Source of the DNA: Macrostomum hystrix
Lineage: Eukaryota > Animalia > Platyhelminthes
Length of the DNA stretch: 64,000 nt
Assembly (NCBI GenBank): GCA_950097015.1
Contig: CATNEN010000029.1
Span: forward strand, 7,130,001 to 7,194,000
Direction: 5' to 3'
Every line of letters starts with the position of its first letter. Position 1 is the stretch's first letter. Made by a program: the position numbers and the translations under genes. The notes beneath the pieces were generated by a model. The model was not told where the DNA came from. It did no database searches and was given only the letters and a program-made list of their open reading frames with translations. This document shows positions 46,840 through 59,492 of this stretch, in pieces.

Positions 46840-47460
46840 ACTAGCTTGCCAATCATCTGACTAGCTTGACAATCAGCTGACTAGCTTGCCAATCAGCTGA
46901 CTAGCTTGCCAATCATCTCACTAGCTTGCCAATCAGCTGACTAGCTTGCCAATCAGCTGACTAGCTTGCCAATCAGCTGACTAGCTTGCCAATCATCTCA
47001 CTAGCTTGCCAATCAGCTGACTAGCTTGCCAATCAGCTGACTAGCTTGCCAATCATCTCACTAGCTTGTCAATCAGCTGACTAGCTTGCCAATCATCTCA
47101 CTAGCTTGTCAATCAGCTGACTAGCTTGTCAATCAGCTGACTAGCTTGCCAATCAGCTGACTAGCTTGCGAATCAGCTGACTAGCTTGCCAATCATCTCA
47201 CTAGCTTGCCAATCATCTCACTAGCTTGTCAATCAGCTGACTAGCTTGCGAATCAGCTGACTAGCTTGCCAATCATCTCACTAGCTTGCCAATCAGCTGA
47301 CTAGCTTGCGAATCAGCTGACTAGCTTGCCAATCATCTCACTAGCTTGCCAATCATCTCACTAGCTTGCCAATCAGCTGACTAGCTTGCCAATCATCTCA
47401 CTAGCTTGCCAATCATCTCACTAGCTTGCCAAGCTTGTAAATCAGCTGACTAGCTTGTAA
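46840..47460. repeat. 20-bp minisatellite (ctagcttgccaatcagctga)
   Basis: About 30 units, starting about 30 nt from the acceptor at 46806. Confidence 0.95.
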
Positions 47461-47599
47461 ATCACAGATTGAATCTCGACTATACCGGCGATGAAATTTA
47501 AATGCAATCTACGCTACTATCAGTAGTGTTGGCTAACGTAAAATTCGATGCAATTATGTATTAAACAAAGCGCAAGTTCGGGAAAAATTCGGCACGCAC

Positions 47600-47769
47600 G
47601 CCCAGTCAGCGGAATGCAGCAGCGTCGGATGCGCGGCGGCTGCGGCTGCGGCGGCTGCTGCGGCGGCTGCCTGCTGCGGACTGTGCAGCTTCGGCTTAGT
47701 CACCTTGGTGTTGCTCTTGGCGAATTCTAGGCGCAGTGTCTGCGGCAGCTCGAGATCGAACTTCACTCC
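47600..47769 (-). CDS. cpo: cpo/RBPMS exon (GVKFDLELPQTLRLEFAKSNTKVTKPK...poly-Ala...), with an apparent +1 frameshift near 47613
   Basis: LRLEFAKSNTKV is diagnostic of the end of RBPMS/cpo RRM1. tctcag acceptor, gtgcgt donor. Confidence 0.92.
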
Positions 47770-48089
47770 CTGAGAAACGGGGGGGATTGACAGACTTAGG
47801 CTTGACTGACAGGCTTTAGTGTAAAATGATTCAAGATTTTTTTCGCAGAGCCAGCAAAAGCTCTAAGCTATTTCGAAGCAATCCAACTTCACACTGTCTA
47901 ATTGAGCAAATTTTGGCTCGACAAAGTTGAATTTTATGAAAATTGTGAAAGTGTCTGGAGAGAGAATATAGGAGCTCAATGAAGGGCTGAAATAAGACTG
48001 TCGCTTATCAGTCACTCCTAACTGGCAGGGTTCTTGTGCCTCATCAATGATAATTATAACTTATGTGCAGCCTACAGCGCTGCCGCGCG

Positions 48090-48700
48090 GCGCATCTGAA
48101 GGCTGCTTAAGACTGGTCAGTCCATGGACTGTTGGGACGCCACACCCGCCATCAGTTACCCCAGCATGATGCTGATACCCATTTAACAGCTGGGTGAACT
48201 GAAACAATGCAGAGTTAGGTCTTACTAAAAGGACACAAAAGAAGGTGAGTGGCAGAGCGGTCTAACGCGTTTGCCTCTCGCACCAAGGTCCCGGAGCTCG
48301 ATTTCGTGGCGAGGCCACATTAATATGGGGCGAAGCCGAGGAGACAGGGCTTGGGGGCTTGTCGTGCAATTTACGCCGTTGAGGGCCAACCTCCAAGGCA
48401 CAGTGAGAGTGTACACTGTCTGACGATGAGAAAGTCAGGGCAGATGTACACACCTGTGTGAGCGTGTGCCTGCGTACAGTATCTGTGTTCGTGTGTGCTC
48501 AGGAGTCAGCGAAATGGGCAGACCAGCTTGCCTCGCTGGCTGCGGGTCTAGTGTCACCAAATGATTTTCGATTGCCCGCAGCCCTCCTGCAATTAGAATT
48601 ATTATCGTTAAAAGGCCACATATTGTTCTAGTAGAGCCAAAAATCGAACCACTGACCTTGAAGTCGTGTGGGTAGCTTGGTAGCTAGTGTGGTTGAACAT
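48090..48700 (-). mobile_element. SINE family B copy interrupted by a SINE family A copy (48244-48608, + strand)
   Basis: The B head (cacgacttcaaggtcagtggttcgat on minus, about 48640-48700) and B body (48090-48225) are separated by an A copy with TSD taaaaggacaca (48226-48237) / taaaaggccaca (48609-48620). Confidence 0.8.
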
Positions 48701-49277
48701 TATATACTATAAGTAGAAGGGCAGTCAAGCAGATGTGGATGTTAGGCTGACTTACGAAATGAAAGCATTCATTATTCTCAAATTTTAGGCACAAAATTTT
48801 AACATGCGTAAACAAATTTCTAAACTTTCACTTCGCCGAGCATGTCGAGGTCCGGAAAACTTTCGCAACTGAAGGCCGATGCGTGTTGGGACACTGGAGG
48901 AAGACAGATTTTGACCCAGCTTTGAGTGCCCTTGTGGCATGCAATGGCCTGCACAGAATCTGAGACTTTGGCTAAGCTGAGAGTAAGGTAGAAAAGATGA
49001 AGAGAGAGTCGATCCTTCGGTTGAGAAGATTCCTCATTTCTACTTTCCCTCGCGTGCCTCCGCTGCCAGGGAGATGGACTATCGATTTATCGGCGCAGCG
49101 GCCCTATACAGCCCTGCTGTGGCGCATGGCTTGGTTTAGTCCGAGCCAGCAGCTTCTTCAAGATGCGAAAAAAGCAATTACCGCGGCTGCGAAGACAAAA
49201 TTAGAAGAGAATGGGAAAAAATTATTGCCAATCATCGTCCAAGTTTCGCCAAGTGGTGCGCGCTGGCTGCCTCTCAC

Positions 49278-49340
49278 CTGAAGATCCTTCTTGGCCAGCT
49301 CTGCGTCGATGCGTGTCTTGAATGTCACGAAGCCGACTGG
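49278..49340 (-). CDS. cpo: cpo/RBPMS exon (PVGFVTFKTRIDAELAKKDLQ; RNP1)
   Basis: Conserved PVGFVTF and AKxDLQ. Canonical boundaries, phase 0. Confidence 0.95.
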
Positions 49341-49642
49341 CTGGAATTGACGGTAGAAAATCAGTTAAGGATAACTTCTGATTTATGCTTAAATCCACAG
49401 TTGGGATAGTTTCCTAAAGTGGGTGCATATTAACAACTGGGGATAAGTCGTCACTTTTTGACAGCTGGCTAACGGGGAGGATAATTTACCCGCTTTGGGG
49501 TAATTAGCCTACTAAGAGGGGTATAGTTTCTTGCTAACATTTTTGCTTAAAAATAATTTCCGGTGCTTCCAGAGGAGAGTGGCTAAAGTCATTTTACTCG
49601 AATTTTACTATGTTTAATCGAAAGAATCCAGTTACTGCTCAC

Positions 49643-49696
49643 CGATGTCGTCTTGCCATTTTTTCCAGTCACCTTCAGCAGTGAAGTCTCGTATCC
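49643..49696 (-). CDS. cpo: cpo/RBPMS exon (GYETSLLKVTGKNGKTTS)
   Basis: Matches cpo GYEGSLLKVTSKNGKTTS. aag/gtgag boundaries. Confidence 0.95.
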
Positions 49697-49764
49697 CTTG
49701 GTTAATGGATAAAGAGAGAGAGCGGAAATGCTAACCCACGGTAATTTAATAAGAAGATTTACTC

Positions 49765-50460
49765 AGGGATTCGGGACTCGGGATCCGGGAATCGGCATCC
49801 GGGACTCTGGATCCGGGACTCGGGATCCGGGACTCCGGGACTCGGGATCCGGGACTCGGGATCCGGGACTCGGGATCCGGGACTCGGGATCTGGGACTCG
49901 GGATCCGGGACTCGGGATTCGGGACTCGGGATCCGGGATTCGGGATCTGGGACCCGAGTCCGGGACTCGGGATTCAGGACTTGGGATCCGGGACTCGGGA
50001 TCTGGGACTCGGGATCCGGGACTCGGGATTCGGGACTCGGGATCCGGGATTCGGGATCTGGGACCCGAGTCCGGGACTCGGGATTCAGGACTTGGGATCC
50101 GGGACTCGGGATCTGGGACTCGGGATCCGGGACTCGGGATTCGGGACTCGGGATCCGGGACTCGGGATCCGGGACTCGGGATCCGGGACTCGGGATCTGG
50201 GACTCGGGATCCGGGACTAGGGATTCGGGACTCGGGATCCGGGATTCGGGATCTGGGACCCGAGTCCGGGACTCGGGATTCAGGACTTGGGATCCGGGAC
50301 TCGGGATCTGGGACTCGGGATCCGGGACTCGGGATTCGGGACTCGGGATCCGGGATTCGGGATCCGGGACCCGAGTCCGGGACTCGGGATTCAGGACTTG
50401 GGATCCGGGACTGGGATCTGGGACTCAGAATTTGGGAGTTAAGATCCGGGACCCGGGATT
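49765..50460. repeat. 14-bp minisatellite (gggactcgggatcc) with higher-order blocks
   Basis: Fills nearly the whole intron between 49696 and 50499. Confidence 0.95.
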
Positions 50461-50498
50461 CATGACTCAAGATTCGTCACTTGAGATCTGAAATTCAC

Positions 50499-50576
50499 CT
50501 TAAAGCCGCGAAATAGCAGATAGAGCTCTCGCTGTTTAGTGTCCATGGGCAGGCCGCTGACAAACAGTGTTCGCAC
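50499..50576 (-). CDS. cpo: cpo/RBPMS exon ([26 protein letters not shown]; RNP2 of RRM1)
   Basis: Diagnostic [10 protein letters not shown]...RELYLLFR. tttgcacag acceptor, gtgaat donor. Confidence 0.96.
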
Positions 50577-51059
50577 CTGTGCAAAAAGAATTGGACAGGT
50601 CGGGTAGAAACTCGACTTTGGCTGGCGACTTTCACGAGAGAAAAAGTCAGAAAAAAATTAGCGACACAAAAGTTGCGTGTTTTTCCTCAGACACCTGACA
50701 CCCCTGATCAGCCAAGGACTGGGGCATTTCGCTCACCTGCCATTCCGCGATTCCATGAGAAACTACCCAGTGTCCCTTTCCCAGCACAAGACACACCTGT
50801 GACTGTAGCTAGCATTGCTATGCTAATTATTGTTTACCTTGAAACAATTTTTTCGACTAAAAAAGCAAAGCTTTCGTTTTCGCGTCATGCTAACTTCATG
50901 CTAATTGCCTTGCCTATAGCGACAAAAGTAATGATTGAAATACCCAAGCTGTGAAATGGAATGGCCCAATGGAATATTCGGGTCCTTGTCCTTTTACACT
51001 TACTTAAAGAACTTAAGTTTAAAACAAAAACATCGGCCACATTTGATCGGATGAGGATT

Positions 51060-51600
51060 CCTGTAAGTCTAGATTTTAACAAATGGGGATTCCTGTAAAA
51101 TAAGATTTTAACAAATTGGGGATTCCTGTAACATAAGATTTTAACAAATTGGGGATTCCTGTAAAATAAGATTTTAACAAATTGGGGATTCCTGTAAAAT
51201 AAGATTTTAACAAATTGGGGATTCCTGTAAAATAAGATTTTAACAAATTGGGGATTCCTGTAAAATAAGATTTTAACAAATTGGGGATTCCTGTAAAATA
51301 AGATTTTAACAAATTGGGGATTCCTGTAAAATAAGATTTTAACAAATTGGGGATTCCTGTAAAATAAGATTTTAACAAATTGGGGATTCCTGTAAAATAA
51401 GATTTTAACAAATGGGGGATTCCTGTAAAATAAGATTTTAACAAATTGGGGATTCCTGCAAAATAATATTTTAACAAATTGGGGATTCCTGTAAAATAAG
51501 ATTTTAACAAATGGGGGATTCCTGTAAAATAAGATTTTAACAAATTGGGGATTCCTGTAAAATAATATTTTTGCAAATTTGGAATTCCTGTAAATCTAGA
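51060..51600. repeat. 33-bp minisatellite (gattcctgtaaaataagattttaacaaattggg)
   Basis: About 16 units. Confidence 0.95.
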
Positions 51601-53119
51601 TTTGAAAAATTGAGATTGCATCCATATTTTAACAAATTAAGACTGAATCTAGATTAAACAAATGGGGTTTGCTGAGAATTTATAAATTATTTTTTAAATA
51701 GAGAGCAAAAGCAGCATGAACAGTACACTTCCAAAGTTTCTGGAAAGCTCTCGAATGCTGCTAAGGCTAACTGAACTGAAAACTTTATTACTGCGGCTTG
51801 AATTTCGCTACAACAGAAAGTCACTCAAGCTATCCAGACCTCACAAACTTCACCAACCCCCAACCCGTATGCAGTGCAGTGAGCAGTCCATGTGCTCAGC
51901 TGCTGCTTCTTAACTGTTCGAAGCGCGTCTCATATTGAGCAAAATTCCTAATCCCTTGCCATGTAATGTGCAATGCTTTTTTCTATTTTGCTTCCAGAAA
52001 AATAACAAAAAAATTTATACGATGTCCGAAAAATTCCCACGAGCAAAATAGGTGGACTGTGTTTATTAACGCATGACTGAATCTGGCGCTAAGGAAACTA
52101 GCCGAGAAACAAATTCATTCACGCACAGATGAAAGAAAATGGTTGAAAATCGATAATTTTCATGTAGCTACGGCCGCAGCTACTCTATGGCAGAATATTC
52201 TAGCTTTTTCAAACACATTATACCATTCTTGCTTTAAAAATAACTCTATACTCTTGTTTCTAACGCATGCAAGTCGCAAAACCTTGAAAATAGAACTACC
52301 AGAACTTGTTAATTAATTATAACTTTCGTAATTTAGCTCAATCGCAGTAACCTTCAACACGACCAGAATTGTTCACGTCTTTTTTTACCTGGCACTTCTC
52401 GTTACTGCTTTCCTCGCTCCATCTCCTACGTCTCACATTCACGCTTAAATCTCTTCTCTACTCCTCTCCCACACCTCCATCTCTCCTCTCCCCCTCTCTC
52501 ACACCTCCATCAGCCATCTCAGTGGCTTCCAATCGCAGCCTTCTCATTATGCAACAGCTGCTGAAACGAGAATTGAACCGCACCAAATCGGAAAGATTTC
52601 TGCATGCAGAATCGGCTTAGGCATAGGCGATAAAATAAGCGAATTAGAAATTCTTCATCGATTGCTAACCTGAATGCTTCTCCGCATTCTGAAGAACTGC
52701 CTCTCATTCCGCTTTTCCCAATTCTGGAGAAAGAAGCCCCTTTAGAGAGGCTGCAGCAGCAGAGGAAGAAGACGGGTGAGAGGTGAGCTTCCGTCTGTGA
52801 TGTTTTTCATTTTCTCCCCTCGCGCTCCCAGCCCCCGTCCTCTAGATTCTACAGAGGAAGAGAAAGAATAAGGGATATAGTAGAAATCCACAAAAATGGG
52901 GAAAACAATGCCTGCAGACACGCGTCCACTGCTTCAGAGAATCCTGTGTACAGCGAATCGATTTTTGCCAGCAATGCCCACCCAACTATGCTCTGTTTAG
53001 TTGCAACATTGCAATCTTGCAAATTACTTTTTTGTTTGGCAGGTGTGCAGTCGATTTCAAGGTTGATGAATTTGGCGGCACTCTAAAGATTGGGCCAGAA
53101 AGTACTTTTAGTTTTTCGT

Positions 53120-53258
53120 CTCTATCACTCTTTCAATTTGTCACTCTATCACTCTTTCAATCTGTCACTCTATCACTCTTTCAATCTGTCACTCAATCAC
53201 TCTTTCAATCTGTCACTCTGTCACTCTTTCAATCTGTCACTCTGCCACTCTGTCACTC
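53120..53258. repeat. 24-bp tandem repeat (tcactctttcaatctgtcactcta)
   Basis: About 5 units. Confidence 0.9.
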
Positions 53259-53826
53259 TTACTTACTTACTTACTTACTTTGCAGGGGGGCCTGGGGCAC
53301 TTGACGCACAAACACAGGAACGGCATGCCCCCAGGCCGGCGAACTAGCCGAAAGCCGCCCATCGCGCCGCCTCCCCTGAGCAGGCACCTCACACACACAG
53401 CAGCAAGCCAAGCGGGGAAGGGGGCGGCAGCCGGAGTGCCTCTCACCCCAGGCCCGCACACGCACAGAGCAGACCAAGCCGGGGCGGAAGGCTGATAGAA
53501 ATCAGTCCTCAGGGGGGGGCGGGTGACGAGTGTACACTTTATCCAATCGCGCTGACGGAAATCCAGATGAGCGCGCGGCGGTGTACACCCGCCCCCCAGC
53601 CACCCCCCCGCAAGGTCTAACGCCCCAGCGCCAACGCACAAACTCAAACAACGCAGAACAGGCACACAGAAGGTAGGAGCGAAGCTATTTTTCAAGCTTT
53701 GATTGCACGAAATAAGGTGCACCTCCGCCGGTCGCTACTGTCCAAACCCCCCCAACAAGTACCGAAATTAATCGTGACCTGAAGGGTGAATCGAACTAGC
53801 GTCCTTTGGAGTGCGAGGCAGCGACG
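53259..53826 (-). mobile_element. Third SINE-like retroposon (family C) with a (GTAA)n tail
   Basis: The minus strand begins with a tRNA-like head (B-box ctagttcgattc), has a GC-rich body and ends in (gtaa)5. cactctgtcactc occurs at both 53246-53258 and 53827-53839. Confidence 0.6.
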
Positions 53827-54194
53827 CACTCTGTCACTCGGTCACGCTTGAATCTGTCGCTCTGTCTGCCTGCTAACTAACTCTGCTATTGTGCCAAATT
53901 CTCAACGTCAAACGGACTGAAGCTGAACTGAGGTGTCGTGAGTCAGCCAGTTCTGTTAAGCTACTCATGAAAGGTTAATCGGTTTAACCCACTTTCATTC
54001 ATTGGGTTTTAAAAGCCACTAAAACTCTACAATACATATTGCCTCTACTTCAAAGCAGCAGATGTGCGAGTGAGTCGCCAGTCAATTAAAGCTGGCCAGA
54101 GTGCGTCGGATAATCCCAGCCAGCCCCGGCCATTCCAGCGAACCTGACTCTCAAAACTTGTCTAAGGTAATTGCTTAATTCCCTGAATACCCAG

Positions 54195-54290
54195 TCCCTT
54201 AAAACAATTCTCCCCTGTCTCATCTCTCTGCTGTCTCATCTCTCTGCTGTCTCGTCTCTCCCCTGTCTCATATCTCCCCTGTCTCATCTT
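54195..54290. repeat. Short CT-rich repeat, the reverse complement of the gagatgagacaggggaga motif in the 10.3-11.6 kb array
   Basis: ctctcccctgtctcatc units. Confidence 0.75.
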
Positions 54291-55539
54291 TGCACGGATA
54301 ATCGTTGGTGATCGTTGGCATCTTTCGTATAATTTCCTTGGCATTGAGGTCAGCCGACCACAGTTTTAGCGAAAAAAACGCAGCCTTATCCAGATGCGAG
54401 GTTTTAGCCACTTTCGTCTGTAAATTCTCTATTTCCTCTGCATACGAGTTTATGCAAGCTCATTTTCTCGTGTATAATATTGCATAGTAAATGCAGCATA
54501 TTGTGTTCCAGACGCTATTCTACAATCTGGGTGGTTTTGGCTACTCTTGTTACAATTGGCACTCAATTTTTCTTAGTTTTGGACAGTCTCTGCCTGCTTC
54601 TCTCTCTGTCTGTCTGTCACTCAAAGCAGAATGTGCTGGAGGGAGGCTGCACTGTGGACTATTTCTCGCAAAACTTCTTTAATGAGCGACTAGCATGAAC
54701 ACTGGCATGGACCTAGTTCGCACAAATTCTCATTAATTATCATCTAGTGCTTTAAAGCGTGTGAATTTCGACCTATTGTGCCCATGCTCATAACCAGTAT
54801 TATTTTATATGCAAATGAGTTTGAGTAAATTCTCAGTGAAAACTATTTCCACAACTAGAAAACGGCAGTATATTGTTTCTTTTCATTAAAACATGTCTTG
54901 CAGCGGCAGCAGCAGCAGCGAACCCTAACTGCAGAGTTACTTTCACTTCTGTTTTCCCTTTTCCCTTTATTTTCTTATCCTCTCCCAGGAGGGGCATTGG
55001 TGGTAAGTCGCCTCATTCTACAGACCCATCCAAGAAGAAAAATAATAATAAAGTCGAGGACCAGAAAAAAAATTGTAGCCAAAGATTCGACAAACAAGAA
55101 TTGTGTTGCGGGGGTGTGGGCACGGTCAATACAAATTGCCTTATCTCTACCAAGTGGGAGGCCGTGGGGGAATATGGGCCAGGCGGCGGGACTAGTCAAG
55201 GAGTTGGGTACCGCATTGGGTGTGGTCGGAGTCGTGGGATGTAGGCAGTGACAGAGCAGAGATGACTCTAAATGCTTCTATCGAGCGGCCCAAGCAGAAC
55301 GAGGAGATGAGTCTAGAAGCCCCACCCTGCAGGCCAGCCCTGGGCATGCAAATACGGCTGCACACTAGAAAGGCTTCTTCACCGAGGTTGTCAATACAGT
55401 CGCTGCGCAAACCGATTCAGAGGCCGCGCCCTATCCAGGCTTGCCGGATTTAATCTGATTAAACACGCGAATTCAATTCTTGCAATTTTTGCCTGACTTA
55501 TTCTTGCTGGGCTAGGCCGGGACGGACGTTACACTCCGA

Positions 55540-55830
55540 GAACGATACCTTCCGAGGACGATACCTTTCGACGATGATACTTTCCGATAATGATACCTTC
55601 CGAGGACGATACCTTTCGAGGACGATACCTTTCGAGGACGATACCTTTCGACGATAAAACCTTCCCAGGACGATACCTTTCGATGATGATACCTTCTGAG
55701 GATGATACGCTCGTACCTTCCGACGATGATACGTTCCAAGGACGATACCTTCCGATGATGATACCTTCCGAGGATGATACCTTCCGACGATGATACGTTC
55801 CAAGGACGATACAATGAGGACGATACCTCA
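55540..55830. repeat. ~16-bp degenerate minisatellite (gaggacgataccttcc / gacgatgatacc)
   Basis: Read directly. Confidence 0.9.
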
Positions 55831-56504
55831 GAAGAAAACGGTGTCCTTGTACTCAAGCAGATCACTCCAAATTTCCTATTGCTTCAATTGATTTTACTAA
55901 AATTCATAAAATGTGTACACAGCTTGTGACTGTTCCACAGGCTGAACATCGGACCCAAATAGTGTATAATTTCTATTCCATAAAACATGAAGCAATTCTA
56001 GAAACTGCAGCTATGGCTGACTCATTTTTTGTTGAAGAGAAAAAAGCACAAGTTGAGAGGACAGGAAGGAGCGAAGGGAGAGAGTACATTGCGGCAGGGA
56101 GTTGCAGTGGCAGCATCTTAAATACTCGCTTCGACTATTGCATAGGAAAAGAGAATCGTAGGGCCTTGAAGAAGTGAGAGTTGATACTTTTTTCAACGCG
56201 TGACACTGAGAGAGAGGGAGAGAGAGTGAAAGCAGAAAATTTAGAGGAATCGGACTGGGTCGTGGGTGAATTATATTTTTTCTTCTATATAGAAAAAGGT
56301 TTAGGAGAATGGCGTTTTAGAGTAGGATTGAGTCCCCTGTGGGGACCTAAAACAATAAAAGGAGACACTGGGCTGAGAATAAAGCTGATTCTATTTTTCT
56401 AGCTCCAACTAATCACAGACAGGCTACCAGAAGTGTTAATCCGCTCACAGAGATTGCCTGAGATTTGATGCATGGGCGAGTAGCTGCGGTTTAGTCAAGC
56501 TTTC

Positions 56505-57985
56505 GATGATCAGTGAGCTGGCTAGATCTGATCAGTGAGCTGGCTAAATCTGATCAGTGAGCTGACTGGATCTGATCAGTGAGCTGACTAGATCTGATCA
56601 GTGAGCTGACTGGATCTGATCAGTGAGTTGACTAGATCTGATCAGTGAGCTGACTAGATCTGATCAGTGAGCTGACTGGATCTGATCAGTGAGCTGACTA
56701 GATCTGATCAGTGAACTGACTGGATCTGATAAGTGAGCTGACTAGATCTGATAAGTGAGCTGACTAGATCTGATAAGTGAGCTGACTAGATCTGATAAGT
56801 GAGCTGACTAGATCTGATAAGTGAGCTGACTAGATCTGATAAGTGAGCTGACTAGATCTGATAAGTGAGCTGACTAGATCTGATAAGTGAGCTGACTAGA
56901 TCTGATAAGTGAGCTGACTAGATCTGATAAGTGAGCTGACTAGATCTGATAAGTGAGCTGACTAGATCTGATAAGTGAGCTGACTAGATCTGATAAGTGA
57001 GCTGACTAGATCTGATCAGTGAGCTGGCTAGATCTGATCAGTGAGCTGACTAGATCTGATAAGTGAGCTGACTAGATCTGATCAGTGAGCTGGCTAGATC
57101 TGATAAGTGAGCTGACTAGATCTGATAAGTGAGCTGACTAGATCTGATAAGTGAGCTGACTAGATCTGATAAGTGAGCTGACTAGATCTGATAAGTGAGC
57201 TGACTAGATCTGATAAGTGAGCTGACTAGATCTGATAAGTGAGCTGACTAGATCTGATAAGTGAGCTGACTAGATCTGATAAGTGAGCTGACTAGATCTG
57301 ATCAGTGAGCTGGCTAGATCTGATCAGTGAGCTGACTAGATCTGATAAGTGAGCTGACTAGATCTGATCAGTGAGCTGGCTAGATCTGATAAGTGAGCTG
57401 ACTAGATCTGATAAGTGAGCTGACTAGATCTGATAAGTGAGCTGACTACATCTGATCAGTGAGCTGACTACATCTGATCAGTGAGCTGACTAGATCTGAT
57501 AAGTGAGCTGACTAGATCTGATAAGTGAGCTGACTAGATCTGATCAGTGAGCTGGCTAGATCTGATAAGTGAGCTGACTAGATCTGATAAGTGAGCTGAC
57601 TAGATCTGATAAGTGAGCTGACTACATCTGATCAGTGAGCTGACTACATCTGATCAGTGAGCTGACTAGATCTGATAAGTGAGCTGACTAGATCTGATAA
57701 GTGAGCTGACTAGATCTGATCAGTGAGCTGGCTAGATCTGATCAGTGAGCTGACTAGATCTGATAAGTGAGCTGACTAGATCTGATCAGTGAGCTGGCTA
57801 GATCTGATAAGTGAGCTGACTAGATCTGATAAGTGAGCTGACTAGATCTGATAAGTGAGCTGACTACATCTGATAAGTGAGCTGACTAGATCTGATAAGT
57901 GAGCTGACTAGATCTGATAAGTGAGCTGACTAGATCTGATCAGTGAGCTGACTAGATCTGATCAGTGAGCTGACTGGATCTGATT
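56505..57985. repeat. 22-bp minisatellite (gatctgataagtgagctgacta)
   Basis: About 67 highly homogeneous units. Confidence 0.97.
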
Positions 57986-58663
57986 GCCTCTGGTCAGACA
58001 TTGGACTGAAAAGGCAACTCATATTTTAGAAATTGTTAACACGAAGTCACCTTCAATTTTCTGTGCTCTACTAGAAGCTGCTTTCAGCGGCAGAAAGAAA
58101 TACTTTATTACGCAGAAATTAGGCGCCATCCGTTGCGGGAGGCCTCAATACTATGAGCGGCTTCGATGGACCGGCTGCAGAAGCGATGAAAGAGGTGAAA
58201 AAATGAATTGTAAGCGCCCTCTCAGACCTTGTGCGGCTCCCAGCTTCTAATGGGAGCTGGGCGGCGAGGGCAAGATTTTGATGGAAAAGCAGAAGCGATG
58301 GAAATTGTCAGTTGAGGGGCCTGCAAGCCACCCAAGCGTTGGCTGCTAATTTGTAGAATTAGCATGGGGCCGCAGCTCTGCAACTTTTTGAGCATGCGAG
58401 AGAACATATCTGCTTCGCCGCGGATGAGAAAGGATGGGGAGTAGAGGCTGCTTGCCACGCCTACCTCTCTCCGCCTCCCTGATGCATCAAACTTCTGTTA
58501 TAGAAGTTTTTGCACGCCTCTGCTGAGCACTTGGCAGAGCTGACGGCACTTGAGCTGGCAGAGCTCCTGAATTCATTGGCAACAACTTCCTTCCTCCGCT
58601 CTTCCTCCGCAACCTGCAATTGCATTCCCTCTTGCTCGCCTCGGCCACTTCAGCCGATGTCTG

Positions 58664-59492
<829 letters not shown>

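Noticed and set aside
628-57985. Long ORFs running through tandem arrays (for example 9122-9769, 25771-26469, 35795-36532, 38352-39350, 49728-50465, 51076-51621)
   Set aside because: They are periodic translations of minisatellites, often open in several frames and on both strands. They lie in introns of real genes and lack splice or codon support.
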